Assembly: GCA_037379345.1 (NCBI GenBank)
Contig: CM074518.1
Coordinates: forward strand, 48,821,586-48,885,585
Direction: 5' to 3'
Origin: Perna viridis
Taxonomy: Eukaryota
DNA: 64,000 nt
Shown here: positions 26,771-37,470 of the stretch, piece by piece
Layout of the letters: the number at the start of each line of letters is the position of its first letter
Position numbering within the stretch: position 1 is the first letter of the stretch
Position numbers and translations under genes: made by a program
The notes under the pieces: model-generated
What the model saw: the letters and a program-made list of their open reading frames with translations, nothing else
What the model was told of the DNA's origin: nothing
Database searches by the model: none

Positions 26771-27565
26771 GATAACTCTTGAATCTTCTCATATTTGGTC
26801 AATGACCCATTCTTATGACATGAAATGGGTGCTTTCTAATAGTAAAATTGGTCAATAATGTGAATAATGCACTACTTTTACACACATAAAAAATAATGGG
26901 CCATTAACCCATGTCTCCCTACCTTTTTTGTCTTTTTGGGTCAATTTTACACTTTTAAGGCCAATGGCCCATGACCCCTCCAACCCCAACTTATCCCAGG
27001 AATCATTCTAGGTTCTGGAGGACAGTTCCGGTCAATCTCTCCTGCAGACCTATAACCAGTTCCTGATTTACTACAAATTACTCCGCTAGCTTAAAGGCAC
27101 TGCTACACATGATGAAAACAAATTCATGGGACTCGAGCACTACTCATAACATAACCGCAATGCCGCAGCTGTTTCCGGTGTACTGTACTAATTTGCATAA
27201 GCGGGGGGGGGGGGGGCACTGAGTGAAGCAGATGTGTAATGCTTTGAAATAGTGAAAATGCCATGTGCGCAGGAGTTTAAATTCTAATATCTTCAGTGGA
27301 ACGATATGAGAATTCTAAAGTGAGGTCATGAAAAAAAATATTACGTTTATCTTGAGGACTGCATACGTTTTCATTAAAATGTCTACAGCCTTACCACTGT
27401 ATAGGCCTTTTCGTGTTAACTGCGCAACCGTGAGATATACTTCCGGGAAGTAGGGCTTGGATCCGTTCCAAAACTGTATATTGACCATGTCCATCTATTA
27501 CGAAGCAGCACAAAAAGAGATATTGTACTCAAGTATATGCATGTATGCCTTTTTCAGGTCTGACA

Positions 27566-27641
27566 ATGAAAAGAAGGATATCCTTTCAGCTAGTTTTGAC
27601 TACATGTTTGATTTTTTGGACCCTGAATTTCCTAAACACGT
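27566..27641 (+). CDS. MGAT4C: MGAT4C-like first coding exon (MKRRISFQLVLTTCLIFWTLNFLNT; exon starts at 27558)
   Basis: tttttcag acceptor, ATG at 27566, basic N-terminus plus hydrophobic anchor, gtatgt donor. Confidence 0.78.
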
Positions 27642-30600
27642 GTATGTATTTCTGTCGTGTTAATGATAAAAAGACACATTGTTTATTAGGCCACATGAAC
27701 AATTTCTTGTAAAAAATATGTGTGTGATAGCTTTAATTTGCATGTTCCTAGGTGGATCTAGAACCATATTAAACACATGTAAATGTCTTATGATCACAGT
27801 TAGCAACAGTGTCAGATATTGTCTCGCTACTCTTTTTGCCACAAGTATTCAATAGACAAATTTTGATCACGCATTGTAGCCATGGTAGATGCGCACATTT
27901 TAATGACTGTCACAGATAATCACGCTTAGGACATGTAAGAGGGGCACATCAGATGCTATGGTTTTATAAATGGTCGAGCTATATAGATGTGTACATTATG
28001 TCAGCTAGACATTTGAAAGTAGTCACAGATGATAGCAACAAAGTCAGTTCAATGTGGTGCCAGATACGCACAATTGGACTTTTTTGTTAGTGGTAGCAAA
28101 CTACATAATTTATGCCTTTCCAAGATGAGTTGTTTTTAAGAGTAATCAAGGGTACCAAGGTTATAGCGGTAAAGAAAATAACAAAGTATAGCTAAAAAGA
28201 CATCTTGGAATAAGCATGCATCTCTTTATTTTCAGTTCTGTATTCCTTTGGAAATAATTTCGGAGCTTCCTTTTTATTTGAGCAGGTAGGTTATCAGCAT
28301 AATAATCAAATTCAAAAGTGTTTGAAATTAACTGATTAATTGGCAAATGACACTTTAGAAGGGTCTGCGAGTCTTATGCAACTCGACCCAATAAACTTGC
28401 CCACCACACAATCAGCATATTATTGTTGACCGTTTATTTACAAGTAGAATTTTCTTGTTGTGACGTCACAAACTTCAACGTGCGTCTTGAAATTGCCAGG
28501 ATGTCGTCCTTTTCTAAGAAAAGTTGTTGTTTTCTAGATTCCATAAAATATAGAGGCAGTGACAGTGCATTGAGTGCGCAATAATTGGAATGCTCAGCAT
28601 TGCATTTTTAGGGAAATATCATTTGATTTTAAGGGGGGGGCTAAGATCAAATTATTATTTGCTTATTTTTGTCAAAAATTGACACAAAATCGACAATATT
28701 TTCCAAAAAAAAGGGTATAACTCACTTGGATCAATTCATTTCGATCTTACTAGTTTTCACTAAGTACTTATAATTTCAGCCAATAACAAACGGAACAAAA
28801 TCGGAAATCGTTTTTGCCTACAAGTCAACAACCCGTGATTACAAAACTGAAGACGTTTTAATATCACGGCGAAACAAACAGTGCAAAAATACAGAATGGC
28901 AAAACTCTGATAGAACCGGAAACGTTACGCAAGAAGGCGTGGATAACTTACATCTAGGTTTTCATCCGATGTTGTTTAAGTTCTCTCAGTTATATGAAAA
29001 TGGTGGGATCGACTGCAAACTCATTTTGTATGGGCAACAAAGACAAAAACCAGGTATGTAAAAATCAAATTTTAATTTGTATGGATCACTGTATTTTTGA
29101 AATCCAATCTACGACAAGTTGAATCGAAATGATCAACGAAACCTTAGAAAAAATGAGAAATTTACAAAAAAAAACCCAACATATCTTAAATGTATTGCGA
29201 TAATATATCTCCAATCCCATGAAAAAATGCAAATTCCCATAAAAATAATATCAATGGATATCCTCTTTCCCAAAACGATGTCCTCACTATTCTTAATGGA
29301 AAATTCCTATTCTCGGAAGAAAACTTCCCCATTCCCCGTAGAAAATTCTTAATCTGCATAAAAAATTCCTAATTCCAGTAGGGGGTGTAGTTATTGTTCA
29401 CAAAAAAGGGAAACTTTCACCATATAAAACAGTCCATTGCGATATCTTCTTTTGTTTTCTGTGATGTATCTAAAGTTTTCGACCGAGTTTGGCACACAGG
29501 TTTACTGACAAAACTTAAAGCATATGGAGTAAGCGACAATTTGAAGAACTGGTTTAAAAGCTACATATCGAATAGCAGAGCGCAAAGTGTTTTAGTGGCC
29601 AATTCAAAATCTCCTCTGAAGCAAACAAATGCTGGAGTACCACTAGGCTCCGTTCTTGGGCTTCTGCTTTTTCTTGTTTATATTAATGACATAGCTGATG
29701 ATATCATCAGTTCTACCAGACGTTTTGCGGATGACACATCGCTATCATACTCTGCACTATCGTATTCTACAATCGAAGATGTAATGAACTTAGACCTAGA
29801 GAATACAACAATGTGGTCTGAAAGATGGTTAATAAATTTTAATTCACAGAAAACCAAGGCTTTAATCTTTGCTAAACGCAACATTACGGAAGACATTGAT
29901 TTATTATTTCAAAACCAACCCATTGAATTTGTTTCGTCTCATAAACACTTAGGTACAACGTTTGATTCGAACGGGACGTTTTCAACCCATTGAGACAATA
30001 TCATGCGATCTCCTGGCAAAAAATATCTGTTCTTAGAAAACTTAAATATGTTCTTGTAGAAAATATTTAAGTAAAATTTATCTGACTTTCATTCGTCCAG
30101 TCATAGAATACGCTTCAGAAGTCTGGGACGGGTGTGGTCTTGATGTTAAAAACAATTTAGAAAAAATGCAACTTGAAGCTGGGTGTATTGTAACAGGATT
30201 ACGTATTTTTGCCAGTAGGGAATCGGTTTACTATGAAACAGGTTGGAAGTTATTGGAAGGTAGAAGACGATTCAAATGTCTTAACATGTTTTACTCTATT
30301 CATAACCGTCTGTGTCCACAATATTTAAGTGATTTTATGCCCCCACTAATAACCATATTTCGTCGTATAATTTACGCAACAGTGCGGATTATACCATACC
30401 CCATTTCAGATTAACTAGTATCGGAAGGTCATTTTTCTATTCAAAAGTAAGAGACTGGAATCAGCTAAATTTAGAGACAAGAAATGCAAGAAACATTAGC
30501 ATTTTCAAAAGAATCATTAAAGGACAACGGTAAAAAAAACCCTGACTACTTCAAATTTGGTGAAAGGAAAGTTATACATACCAGGCTAAGAAACATGTGC

Positions 30601-33600
30601 AGTTCCCTAAATGCTGATTTATATCGTATAAATTTAGTGCCAACCCTATCGTGTAGTTGTGGACATCCTTTCGAAGATTGCATCCACTTTTTTTTATGGA
30701 ATGCAATTTGTATAATGAACATAGAAATTCCCTGCTGGCACGGTTAGGTGGTTTTAACGCAACAATAGAATTTCTGTTGGCTGGTGACGAAAACCTCACA
30801 TACGTTGAAAACACGGATATTTTTGCTTGTGTTCATCATTTTACCAAACGATCTAAAAGGTTTGAATAATACTGCATGTACATGTATATATGAAATGACT
30901 ACCTCTCACGTTACTGCCATCCGCCCTTTTGCCAGACCCCCCTTTTATTCCATTTCCTTGTTTTAATTTCATATCGTTCGTGTTAATTTGCATTACCTTT
31001 TCATTTCTATTGTTATTTTTAGTTATATCTAATTGCCGTCATTATGCATTCTTTGTAATCATGATTGATTGTATGGGAGAGGACCTCCATAATGTTGTTA
31101 TAACTTGAGTCTAATCCTCTTGCTTGTATTGTTGAGCAAATAAATATGTTTAAACTAAGATAGCAATAGAATATCTCAGATTCCTTGTCGTGACAGTATC
31201 TTTATCCCACTGACAAATCACGCTGCCCTATTAAAATATCCATTCCCCATCGAAACAACTTACATATCCACAAAATAAAATTAGATTAATATTTTGTTAT
31301 TAATTTCTAACCTATAACAAAATAAACAGAACTGATGTCAGAGGCATCACTCACTAAATTTATATGATAATTAATTGCACGCATGACCAAGAATTTCACA
31401 TTTGCACCGGACCAAGTTAAACAAAGACAATAATGGTGGCCGATGACCGTTCCTTAAGTAGCTCACCATTTACATTCATAACAATTCTTTCGACATTTCT
31501 TAAAAGAATATCCACTCTACGTGTATAGAAACAAAGCATGTCCATCATTTGTCGTTTGAAATTTGTATTGGAGGCTTGGTATTTTAAATTCCGGAGTGAG
31601 GTTAACCCACACTATATATTATATTGAACGGGATAAGAACATTGGTCAAGGGACAAAGACCAAACAAACAAAGGAAATAGAGACACACAACAAAGTACAC
31701 GAAATAATTAGAATAACACCCAAACAGAAACAAGTGTAAATAAGCGTATCTGATGATATGAAACGAGAAAAGAAGTCATAGAATTTGTCATAAAGTTTAG
31801 TCATGAGTTTCCCTTTGAATTCCATCAAGTGTCGGTCAACATATGAGTCTGGTTTAGTGTTTATAGTATCCTTTATATAAATGTAACGAAAGTACTTTGG
31901 TGGTAGATGCGATGTATAAAATCCACGAATCTATAGCGTCAAAGTGCAAAAGCGTTATCTACAGTATTACGACAATAGATAAGGAGAATAGATATGGTGA
32001 ATATGTCGAAAATGTCAGCTCAGCCCTTCAATGAATGACGAGGAAAGCCTCACTTCACAAGGCAAGCTGCAGCTGCCCCCAAAGTAACATTTTACACAGG
32101 TACAGTAAAACAGTTGTCCCCATATACTTCATGTCAAAGATCTCATTGACACCACCATATTAGTGAACATAAAAATAAGAGATGTGGTATGATTGCTAAT
32201 GAGGCAGGCAACCAAGTAATGAACAAGTAGAATTCTACAGGCCACCACAGACTTCAATCATGGGTAAAACCCATAAAGGAAGCTGTAAAAAGCCCCAAAA
32301 ATAAATGAAGTGAAACTACATTTTTGTATTCATAAAAGACGAAAATCGACCTGATCTATAAAACAACGAAAACGAATAACAATGAACATAAAAAAGTAAC
32401 GACAGGTTCCTGTGGCTTGGGACGGGCACGTAAAGTATGTGGCGGGGTTAAACATGTTTGTGAGCGCTCAACCCTCCCCCTATACTGGGAAAGTTGTGGG
32501 GAAAATACAATAAAACGAACTCTAAAAATCTGTTAAATTCGGATTCCACTCTTGAGATCGATACAGAATACAAACACTTTAACTAATAGGACAAAGAACA
32601 ACAAGCCGTATCTACCTCTCTATCTTGAAAGAGAACTCGCTTTTTCTGTATGCGATAAGCGCAACTTGTTTACCTAAAACTGAAGTTCTAGGAAGCTCAC
32701 GTACCGGAAACCCCCCTTTCCATCACTTTGCAGAATTGTTTGGGGAGCCACTGTATATGATAATGAATCATTGATTAATAGGATAATTGATTGGAAAGAG
32801 TGAATAACCAACATACATGTATGACCACGAGTCCCGAAGACAGCCTAGATTTAATGAGTGTGAGGAATTTGTTCCGCGTACCAGACAAATTTTAATGCGT
32901 TCTCGGCACGAGTGATCATATTTTGGTTATACACGATAGCCAATTGATCATCCTATTCATTATATAGATTTCTTCCATTACTCTTTGCTGTTTTCATCAT
33001 GAATTTATAATTTTGTGAACGGCGGATTAATATTCGTGTTGTGACTTTTTGGCGGGAGAAAGTGCCGGATGAAAGTACCGAATAGGATCTGTAAGTCTCG
33101 TTCTAGTTTCATTTTCTTTACCGGATTTTCTTATTTAGAACGTATTGAAATACGAAGACCGGTCTGTATTTTATTAGTTACTTCCGGGATCTGGAATCCC
33201 TGTATTACAATTCAAAATCTTCTATTTTACGCTTTTTCTTAACACCTTTATGGTGTGGAAATAGATAAATGTCTTTTGTATTGGTATTTTTACACGGAGA
33301 TATGTTTTATACTTTTATACACTGAAACCAACGCTCTGAAAATGACAAATCTGGTAGATTAGGACCCATTCTCGTGAAAGCACATGACGAGACTTACAAA
33401 CCCTATTTATTTCACAGTGTGAATTATCGATTTCTTTACACTGGGAGCATCCGGTAAGTCACTGCTATCTACATAATAATATCTAATATTTAACTCTTTT
33501 TAGGAGTATGAAAATAAATTATGTATCTCTAATGAGATGCTCGACATAGGGAAGACAGCAATATCGGAGGTCCAAATGAGTGGTAATTCTGTAAAAAGGC

Positions 33601-36446
33601 AAAGCCTGAAAAAAATATAAAAAGAAAAACTAGCGTGTAAGACAAAAAAAAAATCAACAGTAAGGAAATCCCTAAAAAGGGTAGTTACACTTGTATCATC
33701 ATGGACTGAGCAATTCCGGTTTCTTGTATGTTGCCCGTCTTCAAGCTTGTTGGAGGCCAAGTCTGGTGAAAGGAAAAAATAAACTATGACAAATAAAGGT
33801 GTATACACAGCCAAAAGTGCAACACATGATAGCCATATGTTTCAGTTAACATAGTTTTACAATTATCGCAAGATTATCTATGGCACGCGAAATTAACCAA
33901 AATCCCGTTATCCATGGGTTAACAGACTGTAACTCTTAATATCACCCGTGATCGATAATTAAATTCCGCGATCTATGGGTTAGCAACCCGCTAACCCATA
34001 GATAACGCCCGCTAACCCATAGATAAGGTAAACATTATCATTACCGTTTGCTATTGATAGTCAATTCTATTAAAACACTGTTACATGGATATATGAATTT
34101 ATTTACGAAGTTTTCGTTATCTATGGGTTAGCAGGTGCTAACTGTAGGATACCGAAGCTAATTCATAGATACATGTAACGCAATTGATTCATTGATAACA
34201 CTTTGACCAATCAAATGACGTGTTACGTTCATCTGGGTAAGAATGGAAGTGCAATCAGTTTTATGTTGTTGGCAAAGGTGTACGCAGTTTGTTAACACAA
34301 ATATCGATCTTGACATATAACTGTTTTTTTTAATAAAATTAAATAATTAAATTTACTGTTGGGAAGGAAGCTCAAGGTAAAGCCAGTTTAAAGGAAAAGA
34401 GATAATATAAAGAACCACCCCCTGCGTCCCATGGCAAGTAGCCACGAGCCAGTACGTCCTCTGTGTCTCTTTAAGTATTCCCTACCTAAATTGAAATTGC
34501 AAGACAAAAAATCATGCTTTTTCCAGGGAACTACTAAACTGCCTTCAATTCCATTGCCCCTCGGCTAGCTCTATTATGCAAATGTTCATCATTTCAGATA
34601 TGATGCATTCATAAAGGGCAAGCCAATGGTAAAGAGTTGTCCACTAGGATTTTTGTGGAGTATATGTATTTTTTCAAAACCATATAATAATAATAATAAA
34701 CATGTTTCCAAGCCAAAACTAACATTTGGCAATCATTTCATTTTCATATTACAGTATCATATGATAATTGTACATGTACAGTATCATGTGATTATCATAT
34801 GAATCGAGCACAATATGATTATTATATACATTTGACTGTGTAGTCTTCAGGTCACGAGTCTTAAAACCCCATTCACACGAAACATTGCATACAAGAGAGC
34901 ATACGTGCAAATGTTATTTAGAGAACTTTGCTGAAACAACGTAAGTTTAATTTCGAAATAGAACACGCATTGCAATTTCCAATCGAACACTGATTGAACT
35001 TTGTATATACAAAAACTGTCGGAGATGACGATGGGTCAGCTATAACAAAACTAATATACTGCAGAGGGGATCCAGAGATTTTGAAAAGGGGCTATTATTT
35101 TTACATTTTTGACAAAGTTGAAATATTTCACGAAATCCACAGAATTTACCCAGAAAAGAGGGAGATGGTATTTCAGCATTGGACTCGCCACTTTATTGTC
35201 AATATATACGACCATATTTCAACTTTCAACTTCCTATCTATACTATTTTTCAGGTTTTCTAACTTTAGGAATACCAACGGTGAAGAGACGATTCAATGAC
35301 TACTATTACCTAAATGTTACGGTTAGTGGACTCATCCAAAATATTGACCCGGAAATGGTCAGACAAATTGTTATTGTCATATTCATGGCGGATTCAGACA
35401 TTTCATGGAACATGCGAACTGCACAAAAAATATTTCTTACATTTCAACCTCAATTTGAAAGCGGTTTGTTACAGATTATTCACATTTCTCCAAACGTATA
35501 TCCACAGTTTTCACTTTTGAGGAAAATGGGAACGGACAGCGTAGAACGAGTAAGATGGCGGACTAAACAAAATGTAGACTTCGCACTTGTAATGTTGTAT
35601 AGTCGGTCATTAAATACATACTATATGCAGCTGGAGGACGATCTTTCTGTGGCTCCTGATTTTTTTAATGACATTCAGTCTTATGTTCAGAAACAGAAAG
35701 GAAATTGGTTTCTTTTAGAATTTTCTACACTTGGTTTTATCGGTAAACTTTTTCATTCTCACCATCTGTTTAGCATTGCATCATATCTATTGAAAAATTT
35801 TCAAAAAAGACCATGTGACCTGATGTTAGGTCAACTCCGAGATCGTTTTGGTCAGAGTAAAATTTTGTTCTCTGGAGTTAGTCTATTCCAGCACATTGGG
35901 AAAATATCAACGCTAAATAATAAGATAATGCCTGCCGTAGACAAAAAATTCAAAAACTTCGGATCACACACCCCATTGATTATGAAACTACCGGACGGTG
36001 GTGTGAGGCCAGAAGCAACATTCAAAACTAATATGCGCATAATTTCGAGATTCCCCCCAGAAAATGTATATAAAAACAACTCTCACTTCTATACTGACGT
36101 TGTTAAAAGGAATCATTATTTCCAAATATTGTTTAAAGAACACTTGAACATGTCACGTTTACTTATTTCAACAGGAAGCTCATTAAACAAAGCACATATT
36201 CTTAACAACGGAATATTGAAGATCGGTGCCAACGAGGAAAGAGGTACGTTCTGTAGGAATGTACATTACATAGGCAAATTTGTAAATGGTGAAATAGACA
36301 CTCTAATCCAAGGTTTTAAATTGCCATTGAACATTGATTGCATACATATAGAAGTAACAAGGTCTCAGAGATTTCCTTTGATTATTAGGGATTTAAAAGT
36401 TTACCTTGAGAAAATCCCAGGGATTTATACAGCATCTATTTTATAA
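27566..36446 (+). CDS. MGAT4C: Alpha-1,3-mannosyl-glycoprotein 4-beta-N-acetylglucosaminyltransferase C-like (GT54 family), 530 aa. Coding exons 27566-27641, 28236-28285, 28780-29053, 35254-36446
   Basis: The last exon carries GT54 motifs (FLTLGIPTVKR, WRTKQNVDF, YYMQLEDD, LEFSTLGFIGKLF, SLFQHIG) and a C-terminal lectin-like region. Three upstream GT-AG exons splice in frame (phases 1,0,1; 1593 nt total) and supply a type II signal anchor and stem. Orthology to C rather than other MGAT4 paralogs is not proven. Confidence 0.85.
28236..28285 (+). CDS. MGAT4C: MGAT4C-like 50-nt exon (FLYSFGNNFGASFLFEQ)
   Basis: ctctttattttcag acceptor, CAG/gtaggt donor; converts phase 1 to phase 0 exactly as required. 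Confidence 0.75.
28780..29053 (+). CDS. MGAT4C: MGAT4C-like stem exon (PITNGTKSE...LILYGQQRQKP)
   Basis: tttcag acceptor, 274 nt open frame, CAG/gtatgt donor; joins to give QKP-G-FLTLGIPTVKR. Confidence 0.8.
29445..31155 (+). mobile_element. 5'-truncated, frameshifted CR1-group LINE (RT and 3' UTR) in MGAT4C-like intron 3
   Basis: RT motifs FCDVSKVFDRVWH, GVPLGSVLG, FADDT, HKHLG in ORF 29394..29993; C-terminal fragments at 30166-30869; ends in AATAAATATGTTTAAAC. Confidence 0.9.
31645..31880 (-). mobile_element. Internally deleted Penelope-like retroelement fragment (RT palm/thumb piece fused to 3' tail)
   Basis: Minus strand encodes SYVDRHLMEFKGKLMTKLYDKFYDF, resembling the S(Y/F)LD...TKLYDKRDDF motif of PLE-type RTs; tail matches 46280-46345 and 14990-15103. 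Confidence 0.6.
32171..32600 (-). mobile_element. Dispersed non-autonomous element containing a twister-like motif; ends in CAATCATACCACATCTCTTATTTTT
   Basis: Related decayed copies at 13830-13920 and 36960-37070. Confidence 0.6.
32408..32480 (-). ncRNA. Twister-ribozyme-like motif, P5-type permutation, probably degenerate in this copy
   Basis: GGGG-GA-GGG...UAA-CCCC-GCC-(P3)-GCCC-GUCCCAAGC-CACAGGA reproduces the twister core nucleotides and the P2/T1/T2 pairings. Confidence 0.55.
32775..32965. mobile_element. Imperfect palindromic (fold-back) MITE
   Basis: aataggataattgattgg...aataaccaa pairs with ttggttatacacgatagccaattgatcatcctatt. Confidence 0.55.
33860..34200. mobile_element. MITE-like element built from direct and inverted ATCTATGGGTTAGC subrepeats
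   Basis: Multiple atctatgggttagc and gctaacccatagat copies. Confidence 0.5.
35254..36446 (+). CDS. MGAT4C: MGAT4C-like catalytic and lectin exon
   Basis: tattttttcag acceptor at 35253; ORF 35109..36446; GT54 motifs. Confidence 0.93.
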
Positions 36447-36507
36447 AGGAAATACTGGTTATATCTCACGAGGAAAAACATTGACAAAATCAAATTTTAA
36501 TTCTTGA

Positions 36508-36513
36508 AATAAA
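36508..36513 (+). promoter_or_regulatory. Putative polyadenylation signal of the MGAT4C-like gene
   Basis: AATAAA about 60 nt after the stop, with a GT-rich tract downstream. Confidence 0.5.
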
Positions 36514-36524
36514 AGATTGGTCCA

Positions 36525-36685
36525 TGTTCAATGGGATAACTATCAGAATATGTTTTCGTTGTATGTGTGTCGTTATCAGCTTTTCAATGGTATAACTATC
36601 AGAATATCTTTTATTTGTATGTGTGCCGTTATCAGCTGTTCAATGGGATAACTATCAGAATATGTTTTAGTTGTATGTGTGTCAT
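36525..36685. repeat. 56-bp tandem repeat, about 3 copies, immediately after the MGAT4C-like AATAAA
   Basis: tcaatggNataac at 36528, 36584 and 36640. Confidence 0.88.
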
Positions 36686-37384
36686 GTTTCGAACATGTTA
36701 TGGTATGATTCAATTGTTACAATACTTTTATTAACTTTATTTTAGGACAAAGTCAGAGTCCTTTATTAATACAAGTACCAAGGACATGTACACAGGGTCA
36801 ATATGGAAAAAGCCATACATGTACATTGTACATTGATACTTTTTTTGTTGACAAATTTTATAATCATATATGTTTGTTTATAAAATTCAGCATTATTTTT
36901 TTAGGATTGGGTGTTTTTATACTTGTTCTTTGAGTTTCATCATTGACTATATTAGGAAAGAAAACAGGGAAGGTTAGAGCTCTATAAATCTTGTTAAATC
37001 CCACCGGAGGTTTCACGTGCCTGTCTATAGTATGGAACTGGTAGTCACTGATGTCCTGTTATCATTCAACACTCGAATATCTAATAAAAGTTGTCACTTA
37101 TTGTAAGAAATGTACGCCATTTTGATTTAGTCCATAATGGTCCCGTATTGATGTTCTGTTTTTAAATTCTTAATGCATGGCTGTGATCCGTAATGATCGG
37201 CTGTGGAAATTACCAATTCTTAATGACCAGTTGTCGAAATGGTCGGTTCGTATTAGAGATTGGCATTTCTATACATATTGCAGTACGTTGGTTAATAATG
37301 TGTGGTGGTTTGTTGTTTCAGTTCATTTTTGACCATGCATTAAACGTGGATGGTTTAACCCCACTGTATGTTCTCTAGGCCTGA

Positions 37385-37470
37385 GATATCTGGAATGTAA
37401 TGGCTGATTTTTTGATATCTGGAATGTAATGGCTGATTGTTTGATATCTGGAATGTAATGCTGATTGTTC
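37385..37470. repeat. 29-bp tandem repeat, 3 copies (GATATCTGGAATGTAATGGCTGATT...)
   Basis: Visible tandem units. Confidence 0.85.

Noticed and set aside
28754-28779. Alternative acceptor joining MGAT4 exon 1 directly to the stem exon
   Set aside because: The phase-compatible reading contains an in-frame TAA; the 50-nt exon at 28236 resolves the phase
31745-31785. Minimal hammerhead-like CTGATGA-TAT-GAAAC...GTC
   Set aside because: No stem II, only a 3-bp stem I, and it is antisense to the PLE fragment; likely chance
35109-35253. N-terminal 48 codons of the 445-aa ORF as the true MGAT4 N-terminus
   Set aside because: The ORF starts at TTG, overlaps a GGATCC-type MITE remnant and ends in a strong acceptor; upstream exons give a proper signal anchor
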